From the human T2T-CHM13v2.0 reference genome, Homo sapiens, in assembly GCF_009914755.1 (NCBI RefSeq), contig NC_060937.1: a DNA stretch of 64,000 bases. One strand, given 5' to 3'. Positions within the stretch are counted from its first letter, which is position 1. Every line of letters begins with the position of its first letter. The notes below the pieces were generated by a model. That model saw only the letters and a list, made by a program, of their open reading frames with translations. It made no database searches and was not told where the DNA came from. Shown one piece after another: positions 38,480 to 54,835 of the stretch. Made by a program: the position numbers and the translations under genes.

Positions 38480-39865
38480 CTAAATGTGTGCAAGAATATT
38501 GATGAAAACTCCTAAATAAAATATCAGGCAACATAATCCAAATACCGTACTAATCATACAATAATCAATTATTGAATGTTAGTTTCCTAAGACTGCTATA
38601 ACAAAGTATCAGAAACTGAGTGGCTTAATCAACAGAAATTTATGGTCTTATGGCTTTAGAGGTTAGAAGTTTGAGATCAAGGTGTGACAAAGGTGGGTTC
38701 CTTCTGAAGCTCTCATGGAGAATCTACTCTATGCCTCTGTCCTAGCTTCCGGTGGGTTGCTGACAATCTGTGGCCTCCTTTGGTTTGTCAATGCATGACT
38801 CTAATCTCTGACTTTACTTTCACATGCTGCTCTCTCTTTGGGAATATCTGTGTTCAAATTTCCCCTTTTTATAAGGACACCAGTCACATTGGATTAGGGG
38901 TTCACCCTACTTACTGTATGACCTTATATTAACTAATTATATATGAAATGACCCTATTTCCAAATTATGTCACAGTCAGAGGTACTGGAAGTTAGGACAT
39001 CAACATAGGAATTTGGAGGGACAAAATTTAAGTTATAAAATAGGGTTTATTCTAGTATCGTATGAATTATTTAATATTAGAAAACATAATAAACTAATTC
39101 ACTATATTAATAGACCTATGAATTTAAAAACATTTGAAAAAATAAAATACTCATACTTCAAAAAGTAACACCTAAACATGATAAAAACACACCAGAGTCA
39201 CCCCAAGTTCTAGAATTATGTTTTTAAGAGAAACATTATAGTTACACTTAAATAAGCAACAAGATCAGAATCTCACTATTTCATGTTTTATAGATATTGA
39301 TAACAGTGCTATTTGGCAGAAGAAAAAATTAAGGGTATAGAGAATTTTAAAAAGGCAAAATGTTGTTTGTATAGGATATGGTCATTGTACAAGGAACAGT
39401 AAAGAAAATCACTTAAAAGAACTATTTTAAAAAACAGAATTGAATTAGTAAGGTATGGAATTGATGTACAGAAATGAGCAGCATTCATGTATAAAATAAC
39501 ATCTGAGTAGAAGATATGACGGAAGAGGAAACTCATTTTAAACATTAATGAAAAGGATAGAATAGGAATAAACTGAAAAGAAATTACCAAAACCTATAGG
39601 AAGAAAATTGTTAGATATGAAAGAGGAAAACATGAGAAGCTATGTAACCATATTTGGGGGAATATGCATAGAGAAACCCTGAAATACTACAAGATAAACT
39701 TCAAGAACACAGAAAGACCAAGAGCAGTTGTTACATGTGTTTGGGTTGGGGGCAATGTAAGGACTGGACGCTTGGGGTTAAGGATGGGAAAAAGCGTTTC
39801 ATAATTTCTCTTTTTGTACTTTTTGATCTTTGAATCCCTGAGTGAACTACCTATTCTAAACTTAA
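38480..39865 (+). mobile_element. Old LINE-1 (L1ME-like) fragments, interrupted by MLT1C
   Basis: Decayed ORF2 text (AATATTGATGAAAACTCCTAAATAAAATATCAGGCAAC / AGGGTTTATTCTAG) on both sides of the LTR. Confidence 0.55.
38577..39040 (-). mobile_element. MLT1C solo LTR (ERVL-MaLR)
   Basis: TGTTAGTTTCCTAAGACTGCTATAACAAA...TTATAAGGACACCAGTCACATTGGATTAGGG...GACCCTATTTCCAAAT. Confidence 0.85.
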
Positions 39866-39878
39866 GTTACAAAATAAG

Positions 39879-40207
39879 TGCTGTAGATGAAATATTTATG
39901 TGCCCCCAAAACTTGTATGTGATGGTATGAGGAGGTGGGGACTTTTGGGAGGTGATTAAGTCATGATGAGATTGGTGCCCTTAAAAAAGAGACCCTAGAG
40001 AACTCCCTCCCTCTTTTCTGATTTGTGAGGTTATAGCAAGAAGACAGCTGTCTATGAGCTAGGAAGTGGGTCTTCACTAGACATCAAATCTGAAAGCTGT
40101 CTTGCTTTTGGACTTCCCGGCCTCCGGAACTGTAAGAAATAAATTTCTGTTGTTTATAAGATACCCAGTCTATGGTTCTGTTACAGCAGCCCAAATGGAC
40201 TAAGAGA
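39879..40207 (+). mobile_element. MLT1A0-like solo LTR
   Basis: GGAGGTGGGGACTTTTGGGAGGTGATTA...GAACTGTAAGAAATAAATTTCTGTTGTTTATAAG...GGACTAAGA. Confidence 0.85.
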
Positions 40208-41280
40208 TCTCATGTTTAACTAAATCCTGAGGATCATTTTATCTCATAGAACAAAATTTTCAAAATACATATTATTTAACGAATTCCCCAAATGCATTGC
40301 CAAGCTTAAATTCTTTAATATACATATAATATAATAAATATTTTAGGTGATGTAAATCATATTTTGTAATGAGTAAACAACAGATAAATCATTCATAGTA
40401 ACTTTTGCTGGCATGCAGGCTTGTAAGTAAATCTCAGTGCCGCAAAGCAACTGCAAATTCACATCTCATTCTGAGATAAAGACAAATGAGGACTTTTAAA
40501 GATTAACTTTCAAAACCCTGCTTTATAAAAATTATTTTTTAAGAAGCCTTTTGAGGGAGTTCAGCAGGGACCTGTGGACATGCCTCTCTATCTTTACTGT
40601 CATAGATTATAAGATATACTTGAGTAAAAGAAGTTACAAGATATTCTAATTTCTTTAGGAATGAAAATTTCATGATGAGACATCAGGGAAATGTACTAAA
40701 TGTGATGCATTTTGTTTTTGACTAGAGTTTGCACAGAAATAATGACATGACTCCCACTAGGGAACAACAAAGCAAGACCAAATTCTGAAGACTGGACTCA
40801 CTGCGATTCTCCTGGTACCCAGGGAAGCAAGCAGGCATTAGGGGATCTTCAGGGGCACTTGATATGTGAGTTACAATCTGGTCATGCAAGTTTAAAGAGC
40901 TTGAGTGGTAGCATGCTCCAGGAAGGAGCTGTAGGCCACTTAAAGCCTAAACAGCCATCTTTCCTCAATCAGTTTTAAAGCAACAGACCATGTCGCTTTC
41001 TCATGAATAAGCTTTTCATCAACTTAAGTGACTGCCATAAAATGAGGTCGGTTCATTATTAGATCTAGGAAACACATTTATTCCTTTAAAAATGTACCTT
41101 CTAGGTGAAATTAGCATCACATGCAAAAACTCATATTAGTCCAGGATTAAGATAACAATGAGATTGTTACACTTCTTTTCTCTAATTAACTGAAGACCCT
41201 GCTTAATTCTGTACACAATTAAAACTAAATCTATGACATGTAGATATATTGTGACTACCAAATTAGTGGAACATACGTGT

Positions 41281-41454
41281 TTGTATTTATTTATTTATTT
41301 ATTGAGACAGAGTCCCACTCTGTCACCCAGGCTGGAGTGCAATGGCAAGATCTCGGCTCACTGCAACCTCCGCCTCCCGAGTTCAAGCAATTCTCCTGCC
41401 CACCTCGGCCTCCCAAAGCGCTGGCATTACAGATATGAGGCACCACACCCAGGC
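41281..41454 (-). mobile_element. Monomer-length chimeric AluS (left-arm 5' part fused to right-arm 3' part)
   Basis: Right-arm text ...TTCAAGCAATTCTCCTGCC joins directly to left-arm text CACCTCGGCCTCCCAAAG. Confidence 0.85.
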
Positions 41455-41624
41455 AAATATATGTTCTAAGAGCCACTTAGTGCATAATTTTGAAAATCCA
41501 AAATGTTAGACTTTTAAAAAATTGCCATATTCAAATCATTCCTCATATTTATTTGTTAGAAAATTCTATAATGTCTAATAAATTGTAGAATAATATCTAC
41601 TTCAGCAACAAACAATGTAAATGT

Positions 41625-41918
41625 TGGTAGCATGGACCCTTCAGTCAGACAGCTTTGATTTAAACCCCTGCTCTGTCACCTACTAGGTGTGTAACCTGCA
41701 GCAAGATGTTAGAGAGATATAATTTAACACAGAAAATCAGGCAGTTGAGCATAAGGACTGTAATTGAGAGGTTTCTGTTCAAATCTAGATTTCCCTCCTT
41801 ACTAAATGAATGTTTTTTGGCAATTTGCTTGACCTTTGCATGACTAGGTTTCCTCAACTGCAAAAGCATCTGTGGTACCTACGTCATGTGATCTTGAGAG
41901 AATTAAATGGATTAATAA
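41625..41918 (+). mobile_element. Two adjacent MIR fragments
   Basis: AGTCAGACAGC...CTGCTCTGTCACCTACTAGGTGTGTAACC and GTTTCCTCAACTGCAAAA...GTACCTACGTCA...GAGAATTAAATG. Confidence 0.6.
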
Positions 41919-42804
41919 TTATTACTAATTCCATTCCATCATTTTTACTTTCACTCCACTCATGCAAACCCATTCCCCCCCTAGTATAGGGTCATTCACT
42001 CTTCTGTACCTAAGCCTGTTCTTCCAACCCACCTCCTAGAAAAGTATTAATATGTCACACTGGATCTTGTTACTGTATAACCTCTGTCCCGAAATAAAAA
42101 CACTTCTAAGCCATCCATCTGATTAACTTCTCAATCATGTTTTCTTTTCCTGTTTTTTTTGTTTTCCTTTTCCTAAAGTAATTATTTACTACAGGCCAGA
42201 GGAAGTACAAAACATTATAATTTGCATTTATGGGAAAAACTCATTAAAATTATAAATTCATCCATGATGAGGACATTCAGTCTGAGACTGCAAAATAAAA
42301 TTGAAAATAAAGTTAATTTGTAAATGTAGACAGGAAAATCGGGAAATTATGACTTCAGAATTATTGTATTTGATATTTTAGATTATATGCTGATAAAAAT
42401 GTTTTCTTCAGAAAATAGTCAACTTCAGGAATAGCTTTAACTATTCATATTTAGTATTTTTGGCTGTCTGAAGCATCTCCTTATGAAATGTAAGGAGTGC
42501 AAATTGATTTCTACCAAATAATGAGTAATTCTTGTCATCTAAGTAATTGTTTCTTGCAAAACTATTTGCAAGAAAATGCAGAAAACTTGAGAAATAAGAT
42601 TTCAACATCACAAGGAATTATTCAAAGACTCATGTCAGGACAACTTAATTTGACTTTTGAGTTACTTAATCCAAGTGTGAATAATTTTCCCTGAAATAAT
42701 TTCAATTCTTTATTATTGTGTAAATGAGAAGTATATAAGAAGGTAACATAAATTTAAAAAAATTGATTGATTGATTTCAGGCAAATTTTATTCCAGCAAT
42801 ATAC

Positions 42805-43055
42805 ACTGGCAGTACTCATTTTGCAATGTTATGTGGAACCGTAAAAATGTCTTTGTATGCTAACACCCTGCAAAGCACTCTTAATTATCATTAATGTCCC
42901 CTGACCTTTAAAAATTGTTGTCAGTACATTAAAAACTTTCTTATTGTCATTATAAATGCAGAGGGAAATAAAAATTAACAGGTATTTTTTAATAAATTAT
43001 AATCTAAAACTTTAGTAATATTGAGAATTAAAGTGTTTCATTTATTTGTAAAAAC
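42805..43055. mobile_element. TcMar-Tigger DNA transposon terminal fragment (Tigger6-like)
   Basis: GGCAGTACTCATTTTGC...ACCGTAAAAATG...TGACCTTTAAAAAT...TTGAGAATTAAAGTGTTT resembles the recalled consensus. Confidence 0.5.
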
Positions 43056-43059
43056 CAGG

Positions 43060-43527
43060 AAAGCCTGCTTCTGGGAACATAAAGGAGACATACTTTTCTC
43101 TATTTTTCCCATTCAGAACAACTAAAATCCATGGATATTATATTTAAACAAACATAAGAAAATGGAAAAAGCTAGAGTGGTCCGTGGTTACAGGATCTGT
43201 GAAACAACATAGTGGTCATTTCCTTGGGTTTTATTTTTGCCTCTTATATCCCACACTTGGGGCAGAAGAAGCCAGAAACCCAAAAAGGCCAATGGATGCA
43301 GATCTAACAACAACAACAAAATCAATAAAATTCCGCTGTCTCTAGATAAAGGACCAGGAAAAAGTAGCCTAGCAACACATAAAACTTTTAGACATTAACC
43401 TTCTGCTTCAAATATTTGCCAATGAAAAAACCTGCAGCACTTCCTCCACAATGTCAGCACTGACTGAGCAGACAGCCTAGACTTTTGCCCTTTGGGGCTG
43501 TACCACGGTGATGACTCCTCCCACCAG
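43060..43527 (+). mobile_element. Old L1M (L1MC/MD-type) 5'UTR fragment
   Basis: Shares blocks GAAGAAGCCAG and AAAGGACCAGGAAA...GTAGCCTA with the element at 54836. ORF1-like sequence resumes at 46610-46865. Confidence 0.65.
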
Positions 43528-43528
43528 G

Positions 43529-46243
<2,715 letters not shown>

Positions 46244-46286
46244 ATCCTACTTATTGTACTTCAAAAAAAAAAAAAAAATAGAAGTT

Positions 46287-46607
46287 GGCCTGGCCTGGTG
46301 GCTCACACCTGTAATCCTGGCACTTTGGGAAGCTGAGATGGGCAGATCACTTGAGGTCAAGAGTTTGAGAACAGCCTGGCCAACATGGTGAAATACCGTC
46401 TCTACTACAAATACAAAAATTAGCTGGACATAGCGGCACACGCCTGTAATTTCAGTTACTCAGGAGGCTGAGGCACAAGAATCGCTTGAACCTGGGAAGC
46501 AGAGGTTGCAGTGGGCCAAGACTGGCACCACTGCACTCCAGCCTGGCTGAAAGAGTGGGACTCCATCTCAGAAAAAAAAAGAAAAAGAAAAAGAAAGAAA
46601 GAAAAAG
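46287..46607 (+). mobile_element. AluS (Sx/Sz-like)
   Basis: Full dimer, A/GA tail, TSD AAAAATAGAA(G/A)TT. Confidence 0.93.
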
Positions 46608-46609
46608 AA

Positions 46610-46865
46610 AAATAGAAATTACCCAACTTGAGCAACAGAGAAAAGACAGAGCAGAAACGAAAATCTTGGGGACCCGTGAGACTACACCTACAGGCTAACA
46701 TACACGTCATCAGAGTCTTAGAAGGAGAAAACCAACAGGGTGGGATTTCAAGTTCACTTGAAGAAATAAGAGCTAAAATATCACCAAATTTGCAGGGTGG
46801 GGGATCCCCAAAACCTACAGATTCAAGAAGCTGAGCAAACCCCAAATGGGACAAACCCAAAGACG
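46610..46865 (+). mobile_element. Old L1M ORF1 fragment
   Basis: CTAACATACACGTCATCAGAGTCTTAGAAGGAGA...CAGATTCAAGAAGCTGAGCAAACCCCAAA. Confidence 0.7.
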
Positions 46866-47752
46866 TTTCAAAAATATCTACAGACTATATCTGCCCAACA
46901 CTCTTCAAATTGTAAAGGCTATAGCAATGGATAAAGTAAGGATACTCTCGTATGCAATTGCTTCCCGTCTTGTGTAAAGATGTGTAAAGGCATCATTTTA
47001 ATCAACCTGATAACTGTTATGGTCAATATCTGTGCAGTTTGACATAGGACACCTGAAGGAGAAGACCTGGATGAGATGACTCAGCTGTTAAACTGAGTGG
47101 ATCCAAAAGAAAGGGCCTTGGAAAGGGTATACAAAGTGATTTATGGGCAGAAGGAAAGTCATGAAGAAAGACTGTAGGAAACTTGATATGGTGTGAGTAT
47201 ATTTTTAATATTACTTAACTGCTACTTGTAAAGTGGATAGTGGGAGGTAGGGAGAGAGAGTGTGCTAGATATTACGTCAATATGTGAAATATTTAAAATT
47301 AAGTAATGATAGGGTTCCCTGTTCTCTTCAAGTAATTTAGTAAAATGCTGATGATCCTGCCATTGTGTGACTTGAGGAGTAGGAGAGGAATGTCTTTCTT
47401 CTCCAGAGCATCTTCCCGACCAGTCTTATATGGTCACAGTGATTAAGGGTTTGAATTAAGACACATTAAATGTCTTTGCCAAAATGCCCTTAAGCTTTAT
47501 GGAAATCGTAACATATTTAATAATAATCTGTCATTAATATAAGAGTGCCACTTTTAGCTTTTTGATTATTATCTGTAATGTATAAGCATCCCATGGGAGC
47601 ATTATGCCAACAAGCGTTGCTGTAGAAAAGAGTAGGTATTAGGGCAATATATGGGCATCTGAGTAGAAATGAACGTTGATGTAGAAGGAGTTCTGTGGGA
47701 AGATGACACCCTACCTGGATTAGTTTAAATGTGGGTTAAATAGGCAAATGTG

Positions 47753-48036
47753 GGCTGAGTGCGGTGGCTCACGCCTGTAATCCCAGCACTTTGGGAGGCT
47801 GAGGTGGGCAGATCACCAGAGATTGGGAGTTCGAGACCAGCCTGACCAACATGGAGAAACCCCGTCTCTACTAAAAATACAAAATTAGCCAGGCGTGGTG
47901 GCACATGCCTGTAAACCCAGCTACTCGGGAGGCTGAGGCAGGAGAATCACTTGAACTTGGAGGCAGAAGTTGCGTGAGCCAAGAGTGCGCCACTGCACTC
48001 CAGCCTGGGCAACAAGAGCGAAACTCCGCCTCAAAA

Positions 48037-48069
<33 letters not shown>
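47753..48069 (+). mobile_element. AluSp with (TAAA)n tail
   Basis: Diagnostic CCTGACCAACATGGAGAAACCC and a perfect 15-bp TSD AAATAGGCAAATGTG (47738-52, 48070-84). Confidence 0.95.
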
Positions 48070-48071
<2 letters not shown>

Positions 48072-48924
48072 ATAGGCAAATGTGGGTTATGTAAGACAAA
48101 TAAGTGTGTTAGCACTGATTTTTAATTATGAAGGCTTAAATTCATAATTAAAATTTATTCATAGAAGAATAAAATGCTTTTAAAAAATGCAATAACTAAG
48201 ACTTTGCTTCGTTTCTCTTAACAATTCCATTTTCTTCCAAACCACAAGATGAGGTCCTTGTTGCTGAGCCTAGGAAATCTTCATATGTCTGAATTCTGCT
48301 CTTTTTTGGACTCCTAAAGAACAAATTAATAGTGTAGCTGAACGCAAACCATCAATTAGCAATTCACTGCAGGGCATCTCTTTTCCATGACCTTGGGTAG
48401 TATCCTGCCTCTTGGTACAGCAGACACTAACACTTATATCTGTAGGCATTGGCTTCCCAGCACATAGCACTGAGACTCAATTAAATCAACATTTTGAGCT
48501 CCAGCTGTAACATTTGAAGTTCGTGCTATAAACCTGGTGTGCACTCAGTGTGCTTAAACAAAAAGAAGTCACAGCTGATATTATTGTTACTGGATCCAGC
48601 AGATAGCCTGTTGCCTTAGGAAAAAGAAATTAAACAGTGAAGACTTGAAATAATAGAGTCAGATCAAACATGGACAGCATGGTAGAAGGAAATTTGCTCT
48701 TTTCTCAGAAGAAACTGTGATAAGTAAAACAAAATGAAAGAAACACACAGGCAACCCACCACATAAATCTCATACTTTTTGTTTTTGAGGGAGAAATGAT
48801 GAAAAACATTCCTACAATTTATACTTTGGCAAGAAAGAAAACCAATGGCATTAAAAATTTATATGAAAGACCTTCATACCTGTTTATGGTCCTGTATGGG
48901 CTGGTGGCTACAAATTTCTTCTAC

Positions 48925-49380
48925 AAACATTTACTGAGTAGGTAACTTTGTACCAAGTGCTATTCTAGCACTACAGTCAAAAATGTTAGACAAACCAGAT
49001 AAGATTCATGCCTTCATTGCACTTACTTGCTCACAGCCATAGACAGAATATGCAAGCAAACACAGGCTTAAAATTATTTTAACAATGGGCCTTGAAATTG
49101 GGTGTCACCAAGGTGGTGAAAGACTACTTTAGACAGGGTACGCCTGAGAAGGCCTGTCTGAAGATGTGAGTTTGAGCCTGTATAATAGTATGAAACAGGC
49201 ATTGCACTCCAGAAACAGGAAGAATTAGAACAAATGCTCTAAGCCAGGAAAAAAATTCTGAATATTTGAGTGAAAAAAAGAAGGGCAATGCGTCTAGGGT
49301 GCAACGCATGAGAAAGAAAAGTAGTAAGAGATAAAGTCAAAGACATATATGCAGGGAGCAATTCTACTCAGGCTGGTCAT
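48925..49380 (-). mobile_element. L2 fragment
   Basis: AAACATTTACTGAG...GTACCAAGTGCTATTCTAG...GAGAAGGCCTGTCTGAAGATGTGAGTTTGAGC. Confidence 0.7.
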
Positions 49381-51278
49381 TTCTTATTGCTTAGAGTTCA
49401 GCATAAAAATGTGAAATAATAGTTTTTCCCACTACAAACTTAAAGAAAGGAAGTGGCAAAGTCTGCTTTTGGATGGAATTCAGACCACAGGATATTTCTG
49501 GAGTTGACTGTTGCCTTCTGCAGCAGTGGTTGGCATCAAAAGAAAGTGTCAGAAGCAAGCAGTTAAGACGAACAAGAGAGGAAGGTTTCAATGGAATCAC
49601 CCACTCCTCATCTTTTTATAAGCCATTTCTACACTATTTCTTTGGGCTGTGAGGCAGGGAAATTTTTCTGATTATGAAAGCATTTAGAATCTTAGCTCTA
49701 TGTTAAAATTGTTTGTGTTATAAGATTTTTTTTTCTAAACATTGGAAACAGTTTGCATGGGCTACTGCGGTTGCATCTGATAATTCCTGGTTCCAATGAA
49801 ATCTCATATTCTATCATTCTTTGAAACCTGGATCAAGCAGTGGCAGGAATGGAGCAAGGAATGATCACAAACTAGAATACATCCAAAATCAAGTAAGAGT
49901 CTAGATTTTGCAAATAAGAGGGGGTCTCAACAATTCAGTAGAGCAACAAGATAACTCATGACAAGCAGAAGGAAGATGCAGATGAGCATTGAGCTTCCAG
50001 GGATACTGTATTTAAGGAGAACATACATATTTATGGACTCTTGGATTCCAAGTTACAATTTCAACATCAGAACTCAAAAGGAAAGGACTAGTTGGGGGAA
50101 GGGATTTGGTATCAATATTATAATGGAAGTGTTCTATAGACCGTTGATCCAAATAAAAACTTTGAAGGAAGCACCTGGTTTAGACTATAATTGACCTCCT
50201 TAAGGAGCATATCAGGCTTTGTTTTGACTTTCGAAAATTTGCACATCGGTTGGAAAGGTCATTCCACTAAAAAGAAAACATTTGATTAATTGTGAACTTG
50301 CCTTGGTAATTTTTCTCACACAAATCAGAAAAAATAAATAAACAGACAGGCTTGTATTTTTTTAGGTTCATGATGGTCAAGTGGAATGACTGTGCCATCT
50401 TGTTAGTAGAATTAGAAAGAGAAAGCAATGTTATATATAGAGGCTAATCCTCATAAAAAAAGGCTTTAAAAATATGCTATTGGAAAATATAATAAGCTCA
50501 TGGCCAGGCTCTAAATAATATCACCCAACAAGAATTTAAGAAAAAAGAAATGTAAGAATTCCCAGTCATAAGGCTCAAAAGATGTATATTGTGTTCAGTA
50601 AATAAACATAAATACGTACACACATAAATCCATTATGTCAGCAAAAGGAGAGCTCTGATAAGCATGAGTTTCAAAAGGATTTGTGGGAAGTAGAGTTAAT
50701 TTTATAGACTCCACAAAACATGGCAATGCTCCAAGCAATTACTAAGTAGTCAATATTAATTATATTAAAAGTAATAGCAAATTAAAACATATAACAAAGG
50801 ACTATGAAGAAGGCTACAGCCACAGATTCACTTTAGTTATCTGCTCTGTTTACAGGTAGATATGGATTATGACCTTTTAGGTATAGTCATTGGCATTTTG
50901 GCTCCTGAGGATTTGTAAAAATCAAAAGCTGTCTTCAGTTGTATTTGGAGAAAAACAAAACAAACAGAAAAGAAACAAACTGGGTTGTGATATGTCCACT
51001 GCTTAAGCAAACTAGTATAAGTTAATGACAAAAAGGAAAGATGATAATGCACAGCTACCATTTTTTTAAACATTGCTCTTAAAGGAAATAATTTTCAAAC
51101 TATAGAGGTCAGAACAAACCCAATTATTTAGGAGTTGAAAAATACGGGGTAAATTATCATTTAGCAAATGATCCCTGAAGCAAACACTCGTACTTTCTCT
51201 CTAAAATACTTAAGAAAACAAAATGCCCACTACAAATTCAGTAACACTGAATTCATTAAAAGAATAGTAAAAGAATTT

Positions 51279-51279
<1 letters not shown>

Positions 51280-51319
<40 letters not shown>
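51280..51319. repeat. (CA)20 microsatellite
   Basis: Directly visible and uninterrupted. Confidence 0.97.
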
Positions 51320-51321
<2 letters not shown>

Positions 51322-51576
51322 GGTACAAGACTGAAAAATGACAGAAATGGAGCAAACTTCCCAGGTTGAAAAGGCTTTACAAAGCCTCTTAGCTGTTACT
51401 TATTATCTGCCTACTTCTTTCAGAAATGCAAGTACTATAGTAAACATATAAGCATGTCTTCATTTCTTGGATATTAATGGTTCTTAGTGTTATTTTGTTG
51501 GCAGATAAAATTTTCTGGAATTCACCATTCCTGATATATCATTACAAGGTAAAATATTATAGAGTATTATTGTCAG

Positions 51577-52057
51577 TGAGGTAGGCTGGATATGGCCCTC
51601 AAATATGACCACGTTCTAATCCCTGGTTACCTTACATGGCAAAAAGGATGTTATAACTGTGATCAAATGAAGGATTTTGAGATAGAAAGATTATCTTGGA
51701 TTATTGAGATGGGCTCAATATAATTATAAAGATCTTTATAAGAAGGACTCATGAAGGGTCAGAGTCAGAAGAAGGTGATGTGTTGGCAGAAGTGGAAATT
51801 GGGGTGATATGCTTTGAAGGTGAAAAGGGGGCCACAGTCAAGGAATACGGGCATCTACGAGAAGCTGAAAAAAGTAAGTAAATGGATTCACCCCTTGGGG
51901 CCTCTAGAAGGACCCAGCCAAACTGACACCTTGACTTTTGCCCAGTGAAACTGATTTCAGACTTCTGACCCCCAGAACTATAAGGGAGTAAATTTGTGTT
52001 GTTTTAAGTCACTAAGTTTGTGGTAACTTTTTATAGTAGCAATAGGAAACTAATACA
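51577..52057 (+). mobile_element. MLT1D solo LTR
   Basis: GTTACCTTACATGGCAAAA...GATTATCTTGGATTAT...ATAGGAAACTAATACA. Confidence 0.85.
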
Positions 52058-53506
52058 GTAAACATAATCCAATCTTAATATGAAAAGTTGTTAATTCTGC
52101 TTGATGGGATAACTTTTTCATGCCATTTATATTTTTTCAAAAGTTCTACAATCAGTTTGTATTGCCTTAGGAAATAGAATAAACTCAGTATGTTTTATTA
52201 ACCACTGGGCGTACATCGATTGAATTTGTGAGTTATTTTTATTTGTACATAAAGTTTAGAAACAAAGGCAATCTCAAAGTCAGTCTTTTCTTCATTCTAG
52301 TTTCCCATTGATAAAAATGTTACTTCTGTGGTGCATTTGTTTACTTATTGCTTTTTTATTTTCTCCTATATATTTATGATTTTAGCAGCTACATGTTTAC
52401 TGAAATATAATGTTACTGTTAATTCATGCAATTTTTTTTATAATAATAGATCCCCCCTTCATTGTCCCTTTTTAAAGGACATGGCTTTAAAGAAAGGTGC
52501 CAATTGCTGATTTGCTGCTTACACTAATCATAATTTTGAAGTTTCACAATATCTTTCCTAGATTACCTCTTATCATAACAGTTCATGATTCTTGTGGCTC
52601 TTGATCCTATCATTATTAAGGTTTCTAGATTAAATTTTATATTCTGCCTTTATGATTACTCCCAGAGTCTCCTCAATTGTATCCACATTTTTAGATTACT
52701 GCATTACTATAAGTTTTAACATAGTCCTATGTCTTATGAAAAAATTTATTGTTTTAAGAGCTTTTCCAGATGCTCCTGGGCCAACACTATTCCTTTTGGA
52801 AGTTCCTTCAGTGGTTTCTTCTCAGCTTCTGTTAAAGAACTTTACCACTGATTTTTATAATTTAATACCAATAATCTGATAATTTCCACAGAAGCACTTT
52901 TTAAAATCTACATAGCAATTATTTAAAAATTCCTGTGTCGTATCTTTTTTTTCTCTGCCTCTGTAATCATATAAGAAAAAAGGACTGAGACATCTGTGCC
53001 CAAATGATAATTTTTCTTTGTGTTTTTATTTTTCACTTTCATAATTAAAAAAAAATGAAGTCAGGTTTCTTGAGTAATTGTTTCTGACCTATGCTGTCAG
53101 ATTCTCTCACTGAGATGAGAATTGAATAATAACAGAAGAAAAAAATAATTTAATAGAATATAATAAGGTATTTATATTGGAAAATAGTTTTTCTGGATAT
53201 TATGATTATTGTTCAAAGAGTCAATATTAGTGTCTTAGTGTGTTATATAGCCAATTAAATCAAATTGATTTATTTTGAACCGATATGAGAAGTTATTTAT
53301 AAATGGAAAAGGAATTTGGAAACAATTATAATAGAATTTATTTAAATAAGTTGAAAAATAAATCTGTATCAAATACAAATAAAAGATGTTTCACATTATT
53401 AATTAGTCTACATTTATTCAACTCTGGATGGTTAAATTATTTTGTTGGAATGAAATACTTTAAGTGACAAAGTTAAATGAAAATATTTTTATTAAACATT
53501 GCTCTC

Positions 53507-53891
53507 TATTATAGTCTGAATGTGTTCCCCAAAATTCATCTGTAGAATCTTAATGGCCAGTGTGTTAATATTGAGGTGAGGCTTTAGGAAGTGAATAAGT
53601 CATGAGGGCAGAATCCTCTTGAATGGGATTAATGCCCTTATAACGGGCATAAGGGAGTAAGTACTCCTTTCTGTCCCTTCTGCCATGTGAAGATACAACG
53701 TTTGTTCCCTTGAAGGCTGCAGAAATGAGGTGCCATCTTGGATGCAAGCAAAGAACAGTGCTCACCAGACAACTGAACCTGCTGGCATCTTGATCTTGGG
53801 CCTTCCAGCCTCCAGAACTGTGAGAAATAAATTTATATTATTTATAATTTACCAAGTCTGTGATATTTTGTTATAGCAGCACAAACAGACA
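53507..53891 (+). mobile_element. MSTD-like solo LTR (ERVL-MaLR)
   Basis: TATAGTCTGAATGTGTTCCCCAAAATTCAT...GGTGCCATCTTGGA...CCAGAACTGTGAGAAATAAATT...TTATAGCAGCACAAACAGACA. Confidence 0.82.
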
Positions 53892-53899
53892 TTCTCCAT

Positions 53900-54830
53900 C
53901 TTTAATATCACCTGACGTCATCTGCTCTACTTTTTGCAAAGCATTTACCATCGTTTAATATACAATATAATTTACTTACTTCTCATAGTAAAATGTAAGA
54001 ATGTTATGAATATAACATCTTCAAATATAAAATCAGACTGTAAACTCAACATTAGCAGGTAGATTTGTCTGTTTTTGTTAACTGATACATCCCAAGCACC
54101 TATCATATAATGAAAAGTCAGTTAATATGACATTAATAAATAAAAATGTGTCTACTATGGAGAGCCAAGCATTTTTATAGTCACTAGAAACACAGAAATG
54201 AACATAATGGACTCTTTCCTCACGCAATTGACATTCTAGAGACTGAGGTCAACAGTGCCTCAGGTAGTCTTCAATAATAAAATAAAATCTAAAAATTTTA
54301 GGTTTTTTAACTAAGGTAAAAAACTGGTTTGATGTACTAACAACTGGCTGTTTGGGTGTCTGTGTTAGTTTTAAAATTCAGACAAGAACTCACTAAAAGG
54401 TTATTTTTTAGCTGATCCTTGAATGACACAAACAAGAATGCTATGGAAAGAGTACTTTGAATAGGGAACACAGTAAGTGCAAAGGCCTTTGAGAAAAGTA
54501 AGAACAGGACGTTATGGAAGCTTGCTGGAGGGGTTGGTTTGATGTGTCAAGGAAGATCTGTGACTAAGCAGAAACCAGAAAGATAATCTTCAGGTTAAGA
54601 GTGGGTAAGAGAAACATTTCAGAGAGAGGAACCAGCCTAAGGGAAAAAGAGAGCACAGTGTTACTTGGAGCATAGAATATAAAAGGGTACAGTGAAGAAA
54701 TGTGACTGTAAAATTAAGTAATGGCCAGATCTAGAAATCATTCAACTTCATTGGACTTTATTTTAAGAAAACTCTAAAGACATTAAGGGTATTTAAGCAA
54801 GGTAGTAAAGTGATTTTTTTTACAAAGTAT
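53900..54830. mobile_element. Tail-to-tail L2 fragments
   Basis: An L2 3' end on + (TTTGTCTGTTTTTGTTAACTGA...CCCAAGCACCTA) is followed by antisense L2-like purine-rich text. Confidence 0.5.
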
Positions 54831-54835
54831 AAAGT

